The notes under the pieces: model-generated
What the model saw: only the letters and a program-made list of their open reading frames with translations
Told to the model about the DNA's origin: nothing
Database searches by the model: none
Origin: Anaerolineales bacterium
GTDB lineage: Bacteria; Chloroflexota; Anaerolineae; Anaerolineales; UBA4823
DNA: 45,357 bases
Direction of reading: 5' to 3'
Assembly (NCBI GenBank): GCA_041551115.1
Contig: JBFENN010000003.1
Location: 1 to 45,357, forward strand
Translations under genes and position numbers: made by a program
Part shown: positions 1 through 9,103 of the stretch, one piece after another
Position numbering within the stretch: the first letter of the stretch is position 1
Layout: every line of letters begins with the position of its first letter

Positions 1-219
1 CGCCATAAGATTGTTTTTGATATGACAGATGTTAATTTTATGTCCAGTAAAGCCTGGTGGGTCCTTATTGATGCACAGAAAAAATGCAAACGCTACAATC
101 GTGGTGAAGTAACCCTCGTGAAAGTACAAGAGAATATCCGGGAATCACTGGATTTGGTTGGGATGGGCTCATATTTCCAAATGTTTGATGACGTTACTGC
201 GGCTGTCGGCAGCTTTTGA
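1..219 (+). CDS. STAS-domain anti-sigma factor antagonist (RsbV/SpoIIAA-like), 5'-truncated by the window edge
   Basis: Frame is open from base 1 (RHKIVFDMTDVNFMSSKA...). It has the STAS 'D-x-x-x-V-x-F-M-S-S' phosphoserine motif and C-terminal 'FQMFDDVTAAV', and lies next to an RsbW-like gene. Confidence 0.85.
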   Translation, partial: RHKIVFDMTDVNFMSSKAWWVLIDAQKKCKRYNRGEVTLVKVQENIRESLDLVGMGSYFQMFDDVTAAVGSF

Positions 220-238
220 TCAACACCAGCAAGGTTTC

Positions 239-649
239 ATGGATAGAATGGTTTTTTCCGGGCGTTTAACCAGCCTTCCTCAAATCAGTGAATTCATTGC
301 TAAAAGCGGTGAACGTGCTGATATGGGTAGTAAGGCTATTTACCAGGTGCAACTTGCCGTCGATGAAGCCTGCACCAATATCATCGAGCATGGCTATGGG
401 GGAGAGAACAAAGGTGACATTGATTGTTCGGTGATTATTGGACAGAAAGACATGACAATCATTCTGCGCGATAAAGGTAAGCCGTTCAAGATGGATAAAG
501 TACCGCAGCCGAAACTAAACGTGCCGCTTGAAGAACTACAACCTCGTGGTGTTGGTGTCTTTCTTATGCAGCAGATGATGGACGAAATCAAATACGAACG
601 AACCACTGACGCCGAAAATGTGCTGACAATGATCAAGCGAAAACCTTGA
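239..649 (+). CDS. Anti-sigma factor / Ser kinase, RsbW-like (HATPase_c_2)
   Basis: N-box 'LAVDEACTNIIEHGY', G1 'RDKGKPF', G2 'RGVGVFLM'. Start moved from 158 to ATG 239 to avoid overlapping the STAS gene. Confidence 0.88.
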   Translation: MDRMVFSGRLTSLPQISEFIAKSGERADMGSKAIYQVQLAVDEACTNIIEHGYGGENKGDIDCSVIIGQKDMTIILRDKGKPFKMDKVPQPKLNVPLEELQPRGVGVFLMQQMMDEIKYERTTDAENVLTMIKRKP

Positions 650-749
650 CCGCTGGCAATCTGCGCGTAAAACTGCCCCCCTCAACTGAAGGATTCAAGA
701 ACCCAGTTTGTTCTGTGGTTCTTGATTTGTATCACCCAGCAACAAGATA

Positions 750-1292
750 ATGCCCCTGCAAGAGATCCATACCCAACGAACACGATTAATCGCCCTCTCA
801 CAAGGCGAGCTTGAAGTGTATCTCAACGATCCGAAAAATCTAGCCATGGAATTAGGCTGCCAACTTTCTAGCAAAATCATGACTGATGTGGTTGAAAGAG
901 CTATTCGGATGAAAATCCAGAATATGAGTACTGCTCCAATCAGCTCGCACCCCTGGTACACATATTGGCTTTTGGTGATAACCCATGATTATTTTGGAGC
1001 TGGTTTGATCGGTTTCAAAGGGATCACTTCGGGGTATGAACAAGTCGAAATTGGTTATGGCATCGACCCTGACTACTCGAATGAAGGCTTCACTACTGAA
1101 GGATCCGGAGCATTAATTCAGTGGGCTTTCCAAGATGAGCGCTGCAACTCGGTTGTCGCGTGCCAAGTGCTTAATGACAATTTTGCATCAATTCGAGTGT
1201 TGCAAAAATTGGGTTTTAATGTTTATGAAAGAAATCAGGAAACTAGCAGCTATATTATTCACAAGCAGGAGAGTCAAGCGGTTCCTAACTGA
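750..1292 (+). CDS. GNAT family N-acetyltransferase (RimJ/RimL-like)
   Basis: 'VEIGYGIDPDYSNEGFTTE' acetyl-CoA loop and 'NFASIRVLQKLGF'. Confidence 0.85.
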   Translation: MPLQEIHTQRTRLIALSQGELEVYLNDPKNLAMELGCQLSSKIMTDVVERAIRMKIQNMSTAPISSHPWYTYWLLVITHDYFGAGLIGFKGITSGYEQVEIGYGIDPDYSNEGFTTEGSGALIQWAFQDERCNSVVACQVLNDNFASIRVLQKLGFNVYERNQETSSYIIHKQESQAVPN

Positions 1293-1296
1293 AAGC

Positions 1297-1325
1297 TTGC
1301 CAGTGTATACAACTTTGACTATAGT
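1297..1325 (+). promoter_or_regulatory. Sigma70-type promoter of the SRAP gene, probably leaderless
   Basis: TTGCCA (1297-1302), 17 bp, TATAGT (1320-1325). ATG lies 7 nt downstream with no SD. Confidence 0.65.
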
Positions 1326-1332
1326 ATAGAAA

Positions 1333-2025
1333 ATGTGTGGCCGATTTACACTTACTGCTGAAATGAATACTTTGCAGGCGACTTTTCCCTGGTTGAATAT
1401 ACCTGAGGGGCTAGCACCACGGTATAACATTGCCCCATCCCAACCATTAGCGGTCGTACCCAATGATGGAAAGGACACCTTGGACTTCTATATCTGGGGA
1501 TTGGTGCCTTTTTGGGCGAAGGACTCCAAAATTGGGAATCGCATGATCAATGCGCGTGCAGAAACGGTAGCAGAGAAACCATCATTCAAACACGCTTTCC
1601 GGCGGAGACGCTGTTTGGTGCTTGCGGATGGATTTTATGAATGGCGGCGGAATCCAAGGGCCAGCGGGTCTAGTTCTTCGGGTTCGAAAACTCCGATGTA
1701 CATCAAGATGGCAACGGGTGAACCGTTCGCTTTCGCGGGATTGTGGGAATCGTGGAACCCACCTGATGGCTCACATATCTTATCCTGTACCATCATCACA
1801 ACCGAACCCAACGAACTCACTAGTCAGATACACAACCGAATGCCGGTAATTCTACCCAAAGATGCTTACAAAACTTGGCTAACCCCAGATGAGTGCCCTC
1901 CGAATGTGCTGTCGCCGCTTTTGAAACCTTATCCCGCAGATCAAATGATGGCTTTCCCTGTCTCAAGACAGGTTAATAACCCAGCGAACGATCTCCCCAT
2001 CTGTATCCAAGAAGCACAAGAATAA
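1333..2025 (+). CDS. SOS response-associated peptidase (SRAP, YedK/HMCES-like abasic-site protein)
   Basis: N-terminal MCGRF (catalytic Cys2), 'RYNIAPSQ', 'INARAET', 'GFYEW', 'IHNRMPVIL'. Confidence 0.93.
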   Translation: MCGRFTLTAEMNTLQATFPWLNIPEGLAPRYNIAPSQPLAVVPNDGKDTLDFYIWGLVPFWAKDSKIGNRMINARAETVAEKPSFKHAFRRRRCLVLADGFYEWRRNPRASGSSSSGSKTPMYIKMATGEPFAFAGLWESWNPPDGSHILSCTIITTEPNELTSQIHNRMPVILPKDAYKTWLTPDECPPNVLSPLLKPYPADQMMAFPVSRQVNNPANDLPICIQEAQE

Positions 2026-2066
2026 ACTAGCCAAAATTCGAGAGCATGAGTAATAATTAATGTTTC

Positions 2067-2127
2067 TTGACAACCAAAACGTTTTGGTATAAGATGATAT
2101 TGACAACCAAAACGTTTTGGTTAAGGT
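2067..2127 (+). promoter_or_regulatory. Two tandem promoter/operator units, each TTGACA plus a LacI-type palindrome
   Basis: TTGACAACCAAAACGTTTTGGT at 2067-2088 and 2100-2121 (33 bp period). ACCAAAACGTTTTGGT is a perfect palindrome with central CG. -10 candidates are TAAGAT (2090-2095, 17 bp spacer) and TAAGGT (2122-2127, 16 bp spacer). Confidence 0.85.
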
Positions 2128-2304
2128 TATTTGTCTCCTCTGTCAAAATCTCGTTTAAATCGTAATATGCACCCACGCCTCTTTTGTGATGAGGAAGTTG
2201 TTTACTTCAATTACAAAACTCTGCCATCCACCTATTCATACTCTACAACTATACAATCCTGGACAAATAATTGAAAAACCAGCTGCCATAAGAATCAGCG
2301 CCGT

Positions 2305-3351
2305 ATGCCAATAACACTTGAAGATATCGCAAAAAGGGTTGGAAAATCAATCACTACTGTCTCGCGTGCTCTGCACGATTATGATGACGTGAGCGCTGAA
2401 ACAAAAGCATTGGTGATGCAGGCGGCCGACGAGATGGGCTACATCCCGAGCTCAACAGCTCAGCGACTTCAGAAACGTCGATCAGATACTATTGGTATGG
2501 TTCTGCCAACATTTGGACCGCGCTTTTCCGATCCTTTCTTCAGCGAATTCATCGCCGGCGTCGGGAATAAAGCTGCTTCAATGGGGCAAGATCTGCTCGT
2601 TTCAACTCGTCCACCAGGTGATTTGGAGCTTCAAACATACCGCTTGAACATTCAAAGTGGAAGAGTCGATGGATTTATCATCGTCCGTACCAGACGAGTG
2701 GATGAAAGAATTAAATATCTGCATGAAACGAATTTTCCGTTCGTCGCTTTCGGACGTACAGAAGGCCTTGATGATTTCCCGTTTGTGGATGAAGATAGCC
2801 ATCATGGCATGTACTTGCTCTCAAAGCACCTGTTGGGGCTTGGTCATACTCGCATCGGGTGTATATCTGGTCCACCAGAGCTAAATTTTTCTAACCAACG
2901 CTTGGAAGGAATCAAATCTGCCTTGAGAGAAGTTGGACTTGAATATGATCCAACACTCTGCCTACAGGGCGATATGACTCAATCTGGCGGTTATATTAAT
3001 GCCGAAGAGTTATTATCTCTTGATCAGCCCCCTACCGCGATTATCGCTTGCAATGATCTCATGGCCCTTGGTGCAATGAGCGCAGCACATAAATTAGGTT
3101 TTATCGTTGGTCAGGATATTTCCATCACGGGTTTTGATGACATCCCCATGGCAGAGCATTCGCATCCTCCACTAACTACAGTCAATCAACCTATCTACGA
3201 TATTGGAGAAATGGTATGCGAGATGCTGATAAATCTCATCCTCGGACAAGAACTCGAACAAACCCAAATAATCCTAAAACCGATTCTTGTAGTTCGACAA
3301 TCCACGGGGAGGACAAACAATGATAAAACAAGTAATTTATCTAACCAATAG
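2305..3351 (+). CDS. LacI family transcriptional regulator
   Basis: HTH 'ITLEDIAKRVGKSITTVSRAL' and C-terminal 'ISITGFDDIPMA...PPLTTV'. Confidence 0.95.
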   Translation: MPITLEDIAKRVGKSITTVSRALHDYDDVSAETKALVMQAADEMGYIPSSTAQRLQKRRSDTIGMVLPTFGPRFSDPFFSEFIAGVGNKAASMGQDLLVSTRPPGDLELQTYRLNIQSGRVDGFIIVRTRRVDERIKYLHETNFPFVAFGRTEGLDDFPFVDEDSHHGMYLLSKHLLGLGHTRIGCISGPPELNFSNQRLEGIKSALREVGLEYDPTLCLQGDMTQSGGYINAEELLSLDQPPTAIIACNDLMALGAMSAAHKLGFIVGQDISITGFDDIPMAEHSHPPLTTVNQPIYDIGEMVCEMLINLILGQELEQTQIILKPILVVRQSTGRTNNDKTSNLSNQ

Positions 3352-3449
3352 GAGGTGTCTCATAATAATACCCATATCAACAAATTTCAAACCAATGTAA
3401 TGATGAAATTGTAGTTCAAACCTTAAGGTGATCACAAGGAGCGAGTAAG

Positions 3450-4907
3450 ATGAAAAGAATGTTGTTGATCCTAAGCGCACTAATGGTTTTTGGTCTGCTG
3501 CTCACGGCCTGCCAGCCTGAAACTATTATCGAGACAGTTGTAGTCACGGAAGTTGTAACTGAAAAAGAAGAAGTAATCGTAACTCAAGAAGTCGAAGTAA
3601 TCAAGACCGAAATAGTTGAGGTACCTGCTGAACCAACCGAGAAAACTGTAGTCGAATTCTGGACGACAGACAACGAAGAAGATCGCGTCATTGTTTATGA
3701 AGATGTCGCGGCCCGCTTTATGGAAGAAAATCCAGATATTGATCTTCGTATTGTCCCCATCGAGGAAGCGGGTGTTTCACAACGAATTGCAACTGCTCTT
3801 GCGGCGAACCGTCTACCTGACATCGTTCGTATGGGCGTTGAGCGTGTAGCAACTTTTGCTGCGGATGGCATTTTGGATGAGGATGCAGCTGAAGCAGTAA
3901 TTGCCAGCATTGGTGAGGATGATTTCCGTACCGGACCGCTAGTCATGGTTACCAATCCAGCTACAGGAAACCGCGCTGCAGTCCCATTTGATGGCTGGGT
4001 CCAGGCAATCTGGTACCGACAGGACATCTTTGATAGTGAAGGGCTCAATGCTCCGATAAGTTGGGATGATATCGATGCCGCATGTGATGTCCTGCCAGGT
4101 GCGGGCAACTTGCTGTACGGCTTGACATTAGGAACTGATCCGGGTCAAAACTACCCCCACCAGGTCTTTGAACAATTCGCCATGTCAAATAACGCCTGGC
4201 CTTTTGATGAGAACGGCAATGTGAGCATGAATACACCAGAGATGATCGAAGCACTGCAGTTCTACTCCGACCTCCAACGCTGTGCCCTGCCTGGTCCACA
4301 ATACTGGCGTGGTGCCCGAGAAGCCTATGAGTTAGATCAATCTGGCATGCTGTTCTATTCCACATATATTATGGATGACCTAGTGGACGGATCCGGCCTG
4401 GATGGTGGCGGTAACGTTGAAATCACAATAGATGATCTCCCCGGGAATACCGGTTTTGCTTCCCAGATGGAAGGACCGAACGGCTCCGCCTCCTATGGTC
4501 AGCTAGTCACACTCGGTATTATGCAAGGCGCGGATCCTGCAGCTCAGAAGGTTGTAGAATATTACTTAACCGATGGGTATATCGATGTCCTCGCTCTCGC
4601 ACCGTTTGGCAAGGTGCCGGTTACTGAAAGCGCAGTTGATGGCTGGAAAGAACTCAGTCCTTACTTTGCAAACTACTCAGATGAAACGCTAGCCCAGATC
4701 GCAAATGGTTTCGAGTCCATGCAGCGTTGGCTGTTCCGGCCAGATTATGATGCGACTCAACGAGCTGTTGTCGGCGACATTGAAGGGCTTTTATTGATCC
4801 CTCAGGCAATCAGCAATATTGCACTTGAAGGCACGATGACTCCCGAAACAGCTGCCGAATGGCTACAAGAACAAGTTGAAATCCTGTATGCAGACCGACA
4901 GGAGTAA
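3450..4907 (+). CDS. Carbohydrate ABC transporter substrate-binding lipoprotein
   Basis: SD AAGGAG, lipobox LLTA|C, V/E/T-rich linker, CUT1 SBP features ('LPDIV', 'WYRQDIF', 'APISWDD'). Followed by two permeases. Confidence 0.9.
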   Translation: MKRMLLILSALMVFGLLLTACQPETIIETVVVTEVVTEKEEVIVTQEVEVIKTEIVEVPAEPTEKTVVEFWTTDNEEDRVIVYEDVAARFMEENPDIDLRIVPIEEAGVSQRIATALAANRLPDIVRMGVERVATFAADGILDEDAAEAVIASIGEDDFRTGPLVMVTNPATGNRAAVPFDGWVQAIWYRQDIFDSEGLNAPISWDDIDAACDVLPGAGNLLYGLTLGTDPGQNYPHQVFEQFAMSNNAWPFDENGNVSMNTPEMIEALQFYSDLQRCALPGPQYWRGAREAYELDQSGMLFYSTYIMDDLVDGSGLDGGGNVEITIDDLPGNTGFASQMEGPNGSASYGQLVTLGIMQGADPAAQKVVEYYLTDGYIDVLALAPFGKVPVTESAVDGWKELSPYFANYSDETLAQIANGFESMQRWLFRPDYDATQRAVVGDIEGLLLIPQAISNIALEGTMTPETAAEWLQEQVEILYADRQE

Positions 4908-4921
4908 ATAACTACCAATAT

Positions 4922-4955
4922 GATGTAGGACGCAGCCTGAGCTGCGTCCTACATC
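4922..4955. repeat. Perfect 15-bp inverted repeat (REP-like stem-loop) between the SBP and permease genes
   Basis: GATGTAGGACGCAGC-CTGA-GCTGCGTCCTACATC. Contains GTAG near the 5' end and has no clean U-tract. Confidence 0.8.
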
Positions 4956-5063
4956 TCTTACCTAATCGTTGCACCTGATAGCCGTAAAAACTCCATCGCT
5001 AAAGCAGCATACCAGTTATTTCCAAGTTATATTTTCACTCTGCTATCTTTGTAAGGAGCTGTC

Positions 5064-6023
5064 ATGACTATACCAACAGCTTCCAGCAAGAAAGTGAGCC
5101 CACGTTGGAACTCATCCCAAGCCCGTGAGGCTCGTCTTGCTTGGACCCTTATCCTGCCGACTGCGTTAATCGTTTTTAGCCTGGTATTATTTCCAGCCGT
5201 CTTCAGTGTCTGGATCAGTTTTCACGATGTGGGCTTGAACAATCTCAGTGACGTGTTCAATGCCCCTTATGTTGGATTTGAAAACTACCGGAAAGTGTTT
5301 GGTGATTTTGCATTCAAATTTCAGGGGATGCGATCTTGGGGCGCCGCAGTAACAAGCATTATATATTCATTCGTAGCGACAACCTTAACGGTGTTAGTTG
5401 GATTGTTGGCCGCATTACTTCTCAATCGCCCATTCAGAGGTCGAGGAATTACACGTGCCATTTTCTTGTTCCCATATGTCGCCCCAATTGTCAGTGTAGC
5501 TTTCGTTTGGCGTTGGATACTTGACCCGCGACCATCTGGAGTGCTCAATGATTTACTAATGAGACTGGGGGTTATCGAGCTACCACAGGCTTATCTTGCC
5601 ACCCGTGGTCTCGCCTTGCTGTTAGTTATCATCTTCGAAGCGTGGAGGTATTTTCCATTTGCCATGTTAATGATATTGGCGCGCTTACAAGCAATTGACA
5701 ACACACTTTACGAAGCAGCAAAGGTTGATGGAGCAAATACCTGGCAGCAGTTCTTCCATGTCACCCTTCCAGAGTTGCGATATGTTCTTGGTGCAATATA
5801 TCTCCTGCGGTTGATGTGGACATTTAATAAGTTTGATGACATCTTTCTCCTAACCGGCGGCGGTTTCGGCACCAAAGTCTTACCTGTGCTGACATACGAA
5901 TTTAGCTTTAAGCTGTTTGACTTCGGTCGCGGCGCAGCAACTGCGATGATATTGTTAGTGATATTGGTCGTTTTCATGGCGTTCTATATTGGAGTGGTTA
6001 TGCGGAACGTGGAGGAGGATTAA
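5064..6023 (+). CDS. Carbohydrate ABC transporter permease (MalF-like)
   Basis: SD AAGGAG, about 6 TM segments, EAA loop 'LYEAAKVDGANTWQQFFHVTLP'. Confidence 0.93.
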   Translation: MTIPTASSKKVSPRWNSSQAREARLAWTLILPTALIVFSLVLFPAVFSVWISFHDVGLNNLSDVFNAPYVGFENYRKVFGDFAFKFQGMRSWGAAVTSIIYSFVATTLTVLVGLLAALLLNRPFRGRGITRAIFLFPYVAPIVSVAFVWRWILDPRPSGVLNDLLMRLGVIELPQAYLATRGLALLLVIIFEAWRYFPFAMLMILARLQAIDNTLYEAAKVDGANTWQQFFHVTLPELRYVLGAIYLLRLMWTFNKFDDIFLLTGGGFGTKVLPVLTYEFSFKLFDFGRGAATAMILLVILVVFMAFYIGVVMRNVEED

Positions 6024-6938
6024 ATGGCTGCCCAATCTAATAACAAAGAGAGTAAGAATTTCATTCAGCATCTCGCAGATTGGATCACACTCCCCCGCTT
6101 CATTTTCGCAGCAGGATTGATTTTCTTTCTCACCAGCATTCTCTTCCCATTCTATTGGATGATCAGCTCTTCATTTAAAACTCGGGCCGAAATTGGCGCA
6201 CGTGAACCGGTCTATGTCCCTAGCGCCTTGCGGCTAGATGCATATAAAGAATTACTAGATCCAGACAACCCAAGCTTTCAAGATTTTGCAACTAATATCC
6301 TTAACAGCATGAAAATCGCCATACCTACCGCGTTTATTGCTGTAATTCTCTCCACTTTTGGAGCATATGCTATTGCGCGTTTACGATTCAAAGGGAAAAA
6401 TGTATTACTTAGCAGTATTTTGATGATTTATTTGTTCCCAGGAGTACTCTTAATTATCCCCCTGTTTGCTATGCTAGCCCAGATAGGTGATCGTATCGGA
6501 TTTGATGTACAGGATAATCTATCTGTTCTTGTTTTTACATACTTGGCACAAACCTTGCCGGTAGCCCTTTACATGCTAACAAATTATTTTCGCACAATTC
6601 CTGCTGAGATTGAACAAGCCGGCTTAATCGATGGGTGCAGTCGCTTTGATGTTATCTGGCGGATTACATTACCGCTCGCCATACCAGCACTTGTATCCGT
6701 GGCGATTTACACCTTTATGATTGCATGGAATGAATTTTTATACGCTCTAATTTTCCTAAACAACAATGATCTATTTACTATGCCAATTAAGATCAATACG
6801 TTATATAACGATCCCAGTCCACGGCCGCATGTAGTCATGGCGGCTTCAACAATTATGACTATCCCAATTGTATTATTATTCCTCGCTCTTGAACGGTTTT
6901 TAGAAGAAGGGCTAACTGCAGGTGGTGTGAAAGGCTAG
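6024..6938 (+). CDS. Carbohydrate ABC transporter permease (MalG-like)
   Basis: EAA loop 'EIEQAGLIDGCSRFDVIWRITLP', 'AWNEFLYA', C-terminal 'GLTAGGVKG'. Abuts the upstream stop codon. Confidence 0.93.
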   Translation: MAAQSNNKESKNFIQHLADWITLPRFIFAAGLIFFLTSILFPFYWMISSSFKTRAEIGAREPVYVPSALRLDAYKELLDPDNPSFQDFATNILNSMKIAIPTAFIAVILSTFGAYAIARLRFKGKNVLLSSILMIYLFPGVLLIIPLFAMLAQIGDRIGFDVQDNLSVLVFTYLAQTLPVALYMLTNYFRTIPAEIEQAGLIDGCSRFDVIWRITLPLAIPALVSVAIYTFMIAWNEFLYALIFLNNNDLFTMPIKINTLYNDPSPRPHVVMAASTIMTIPIVLLFLALERFLEEGLTAGGVKG

Positions 6939-7309
6939 GACCATCTTTCTATCCTAAATTCCATAGTTAATCATTGATGCAAGCAGAAGCCTCGCCTCGT
7001 ATACGAACAACTCATTAATTCCAGTTGATGATATTATTTATGCGCTTCAGATTCATCTCTACTCGATTAAATTATACAAACAGAGTATCGCTGGAAGTCG
7101 AGTATTGATGACCTGTCATACGCAAGATGGGAATTGATCTTTTCGATGCCGTTGGTGAGCTGGGTGGGCATTAGCTAAGAACAAAGAAAAAAGGTTATAT
7201 CTTGTATGACGAAATACGCACTATGATCAACACAATTATGATCTTGCGATAGAGTCCTATCTGTTAAACTGCAAGAGAAAATACTAAAGACACTATTAGG
7301 CAATCTGTA

Positions 7310-9085
7310 ATGAACACTGAGAACCGTATACAAAAACAGCTGGAGTTGCTATATGGAGAGGAAGCCAACCGAAAAATCTGGGTTGACCTAAAACAACAAT
7401 TACAAAACTTCAAGAGAAAGTACCCGGTTCCAAGTGGCAGAAAATATGAGATTAGCGAAAAGGACATCGTACTAATAACTTATAGTGACCAATTTAAGGA
7501 AGTAACCCAAACCCCATTACAGTCACTTAATAATTTTTTAAATAGATATTTGCTGGGGGTTATCAACAGTGTTCATATCCTGCCTTTTTTCCCATATTCA
7601 TCAGATGATGGATTCTCTGTGATAGACTTCAAACAAGTTGATCAGAAACTAGGGAATTGGCATGACGTCAATAATTTGGCAAACTCTTTCCGTCTTATGG
7701 TAGATCTCGTGATCAATCACGTATCCAGCCAAAGTGATTGGTTTCAAAAATTCCTCAAAGGAGACAAGACACACCTAGATTTCTTCATCACTGCACATCC
7801 AGACTCAGATCTATCCAAGGTCGTTCGACCGCGCGCCTTACCTCTTCTTACCAAAGTACAAACAAATGCTGGAATAAAGTATGTCTGGACTACCTTCAGC
7901 ACAGATCAAATTGATCTAAACTATAAAAATCCTGAGGTATTGATCGAAGTTATCGATATTCTGCTTCGTTATGTCGCTAATGGTGCAGAGATCATCCGCC
8001 TTGATGCTATCGCTTACCTGTGGAAGGAGATTGGCACATCCTGCATCCACTTACCTCAAACGCATGCGGTTGTAAAGCTGCTGCGCGCTATCCTGGATGA
8101 GGTGGCTCCTGGGGTTATCCTCATTACAGAGACGAATGTCCCTCATCAAGAGAATGTGAGTTACTTTGGTTCTCAGCTTGGGGACAATAAACAGCGCGGA
8201 GATGAAGCCCAATTGGTATACCAATTCCCATTAGCACCACTCGTACTACATGCTTTCTATTCGGGTGATGTAACGGCTTTAAGAGAGTGGGCAAGTGATA
8301 TATCTACCCCATATCTGCAATCACACTTCTTCAACTTTATCGCATCACACGATGGGATTGGATTACGACCAGCAGAAGGCCTACTTACCCAAGATCAGAT
8401 CCAGGATTTGGTTAATTCGACGCTGCAACATGGAGGACAAGTCTCCTATAGATCAAATCCCGATGGCTCCAAAAGTGTATATGAGCTTAATATCACCCTG
8501 TATGACGCGCTTAACGATCCAAAACTTCCAATGCCTGACATCGACGTGCAGCGTTTTCTCGCATCTCAAGTAATTATGCTTTCGCTAGCAGGCATACCTG
8601 GAGTATACGTTCACTCGCTTTTTGGTTCTTCTAATTGCGACCACTGTGTCACTGAAACAGAACGTCTACGGTCAATCAATCGTGAGAAATTTGATTTTAA
8701 TAAATTGATTAAGACATTGAATAATCCAACCTCACGTGCGGCGCGAGTATTCAATGCTTATCGGAAACTGCTGCGTATTCGTAGGGATCACAGTGCTTTT
8801 CATCCCCAGGGTAAACAACGGGTTCACAATCTGGGCGGGGATATATTTGCAATGACCAGAGTTGCACCTGACGAGAGTGAGTACATTCTATGCGTTGTCA
8901 ATATATCTGATACCACAACGGAATACTCTCTCCACCTACCAACGGAAAGGATACTCTATGCTCCGGAGTGGGTTGATTTGATCGGTGGTGGTGAGATTCA
9001 TGCTGAAAAAGATAGACTACCAATAATGTTACTCCCATATCAATATGCTTGGTTAGTCCCCGTAAACGAATCCATAAATAAGTAA
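7310..9085 (+). CDS. GH13_18 sugar phosphorylase, probably glucosylglycerate phosphorylase (YcjM-like)
   Basis: 'HILPFFPYSSDDGF', nucleophile 'RLDAIAY', acid/base 'ITETNVPH', 'SHDGIG', loop 'YELN'. Glycerate kinase lies immediately downstream. Confidence 0.85.
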   Translation: MNTENRIQKQLELLYGEEANRKIWVDLKQQLQNFKRKYPVPSGRKYEISEKDIVLITYSDQFKEVTQTPLQSLNNFLNRYLLGVINSVHILPFFPYSSDDGFSVIDFKQVDQKLGNWHDVNNLANSFRLMVDLVINHVSSQSDWFQKFLKGDKTHLDFFITAHPDSDLSKVVRPRALPLLTKVQTNAGIKYVWTTFSTDQIDLNYKNPEVLIEVIDILLRYVANGAEIIRLDAIAYLWKEIGTSCIHLPQTHAVVKLLRAILDEVAPGVILITETNVPHQENVSYFGSQLGDNKQRGDEAQLVYQFPLAPLVLHAFYSGDVTALREWASDISTPYLQSHFFNFIASHDGIGLRPAEGLLTQDQIQDLVNSTLQHGGQVSYRSNPDGSKSVYELNITLYDALNDPKLPMPDIDVQRFLASQVIMLSLAGIPGVYVHSLFGSSNCDHCVTETERLRSINREKFDFNKLIKTLNNPTSRAARVFNAYRKLLRIRRDHSAFHPQGKQRVHNLGGDIFAMTRVAPDESEYILCVVNISDTTTEYSLHLPTERILYAPEWVDLIGGGEIHAEKDRLPIMLLPYQYAWLVPVNESINK

Positions 9086-9103
9086 AATCATCGGATAAAT
9101 ACA

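Noticed and set aside
1648-1690. Ser/Gly-rich insertion (NPRASGSSSSGSK) in the SRAP protein
   Set aside because: Falls in a loop that is variable in this family, and there is no nucleotide tandem repeat.
2067-2122. Mini CRISPR-like repeat
   Set aside because: Only two copies separated by 11 bp, no cas genes, and fully explained as promoter/operator units.
3350-3375. Strong SD-like AGGAGGT right after the lacI stop
   Set aside because: No start codon at a suitable distance, so no small ORF can be supported.
6939-7309. 370-bp gap inside the sugar cluster, possibly a decayed gene
   Set aside because: Manual translation of the plus-strand frames gave only short stop-interrupted peptides with no family I could recognise.
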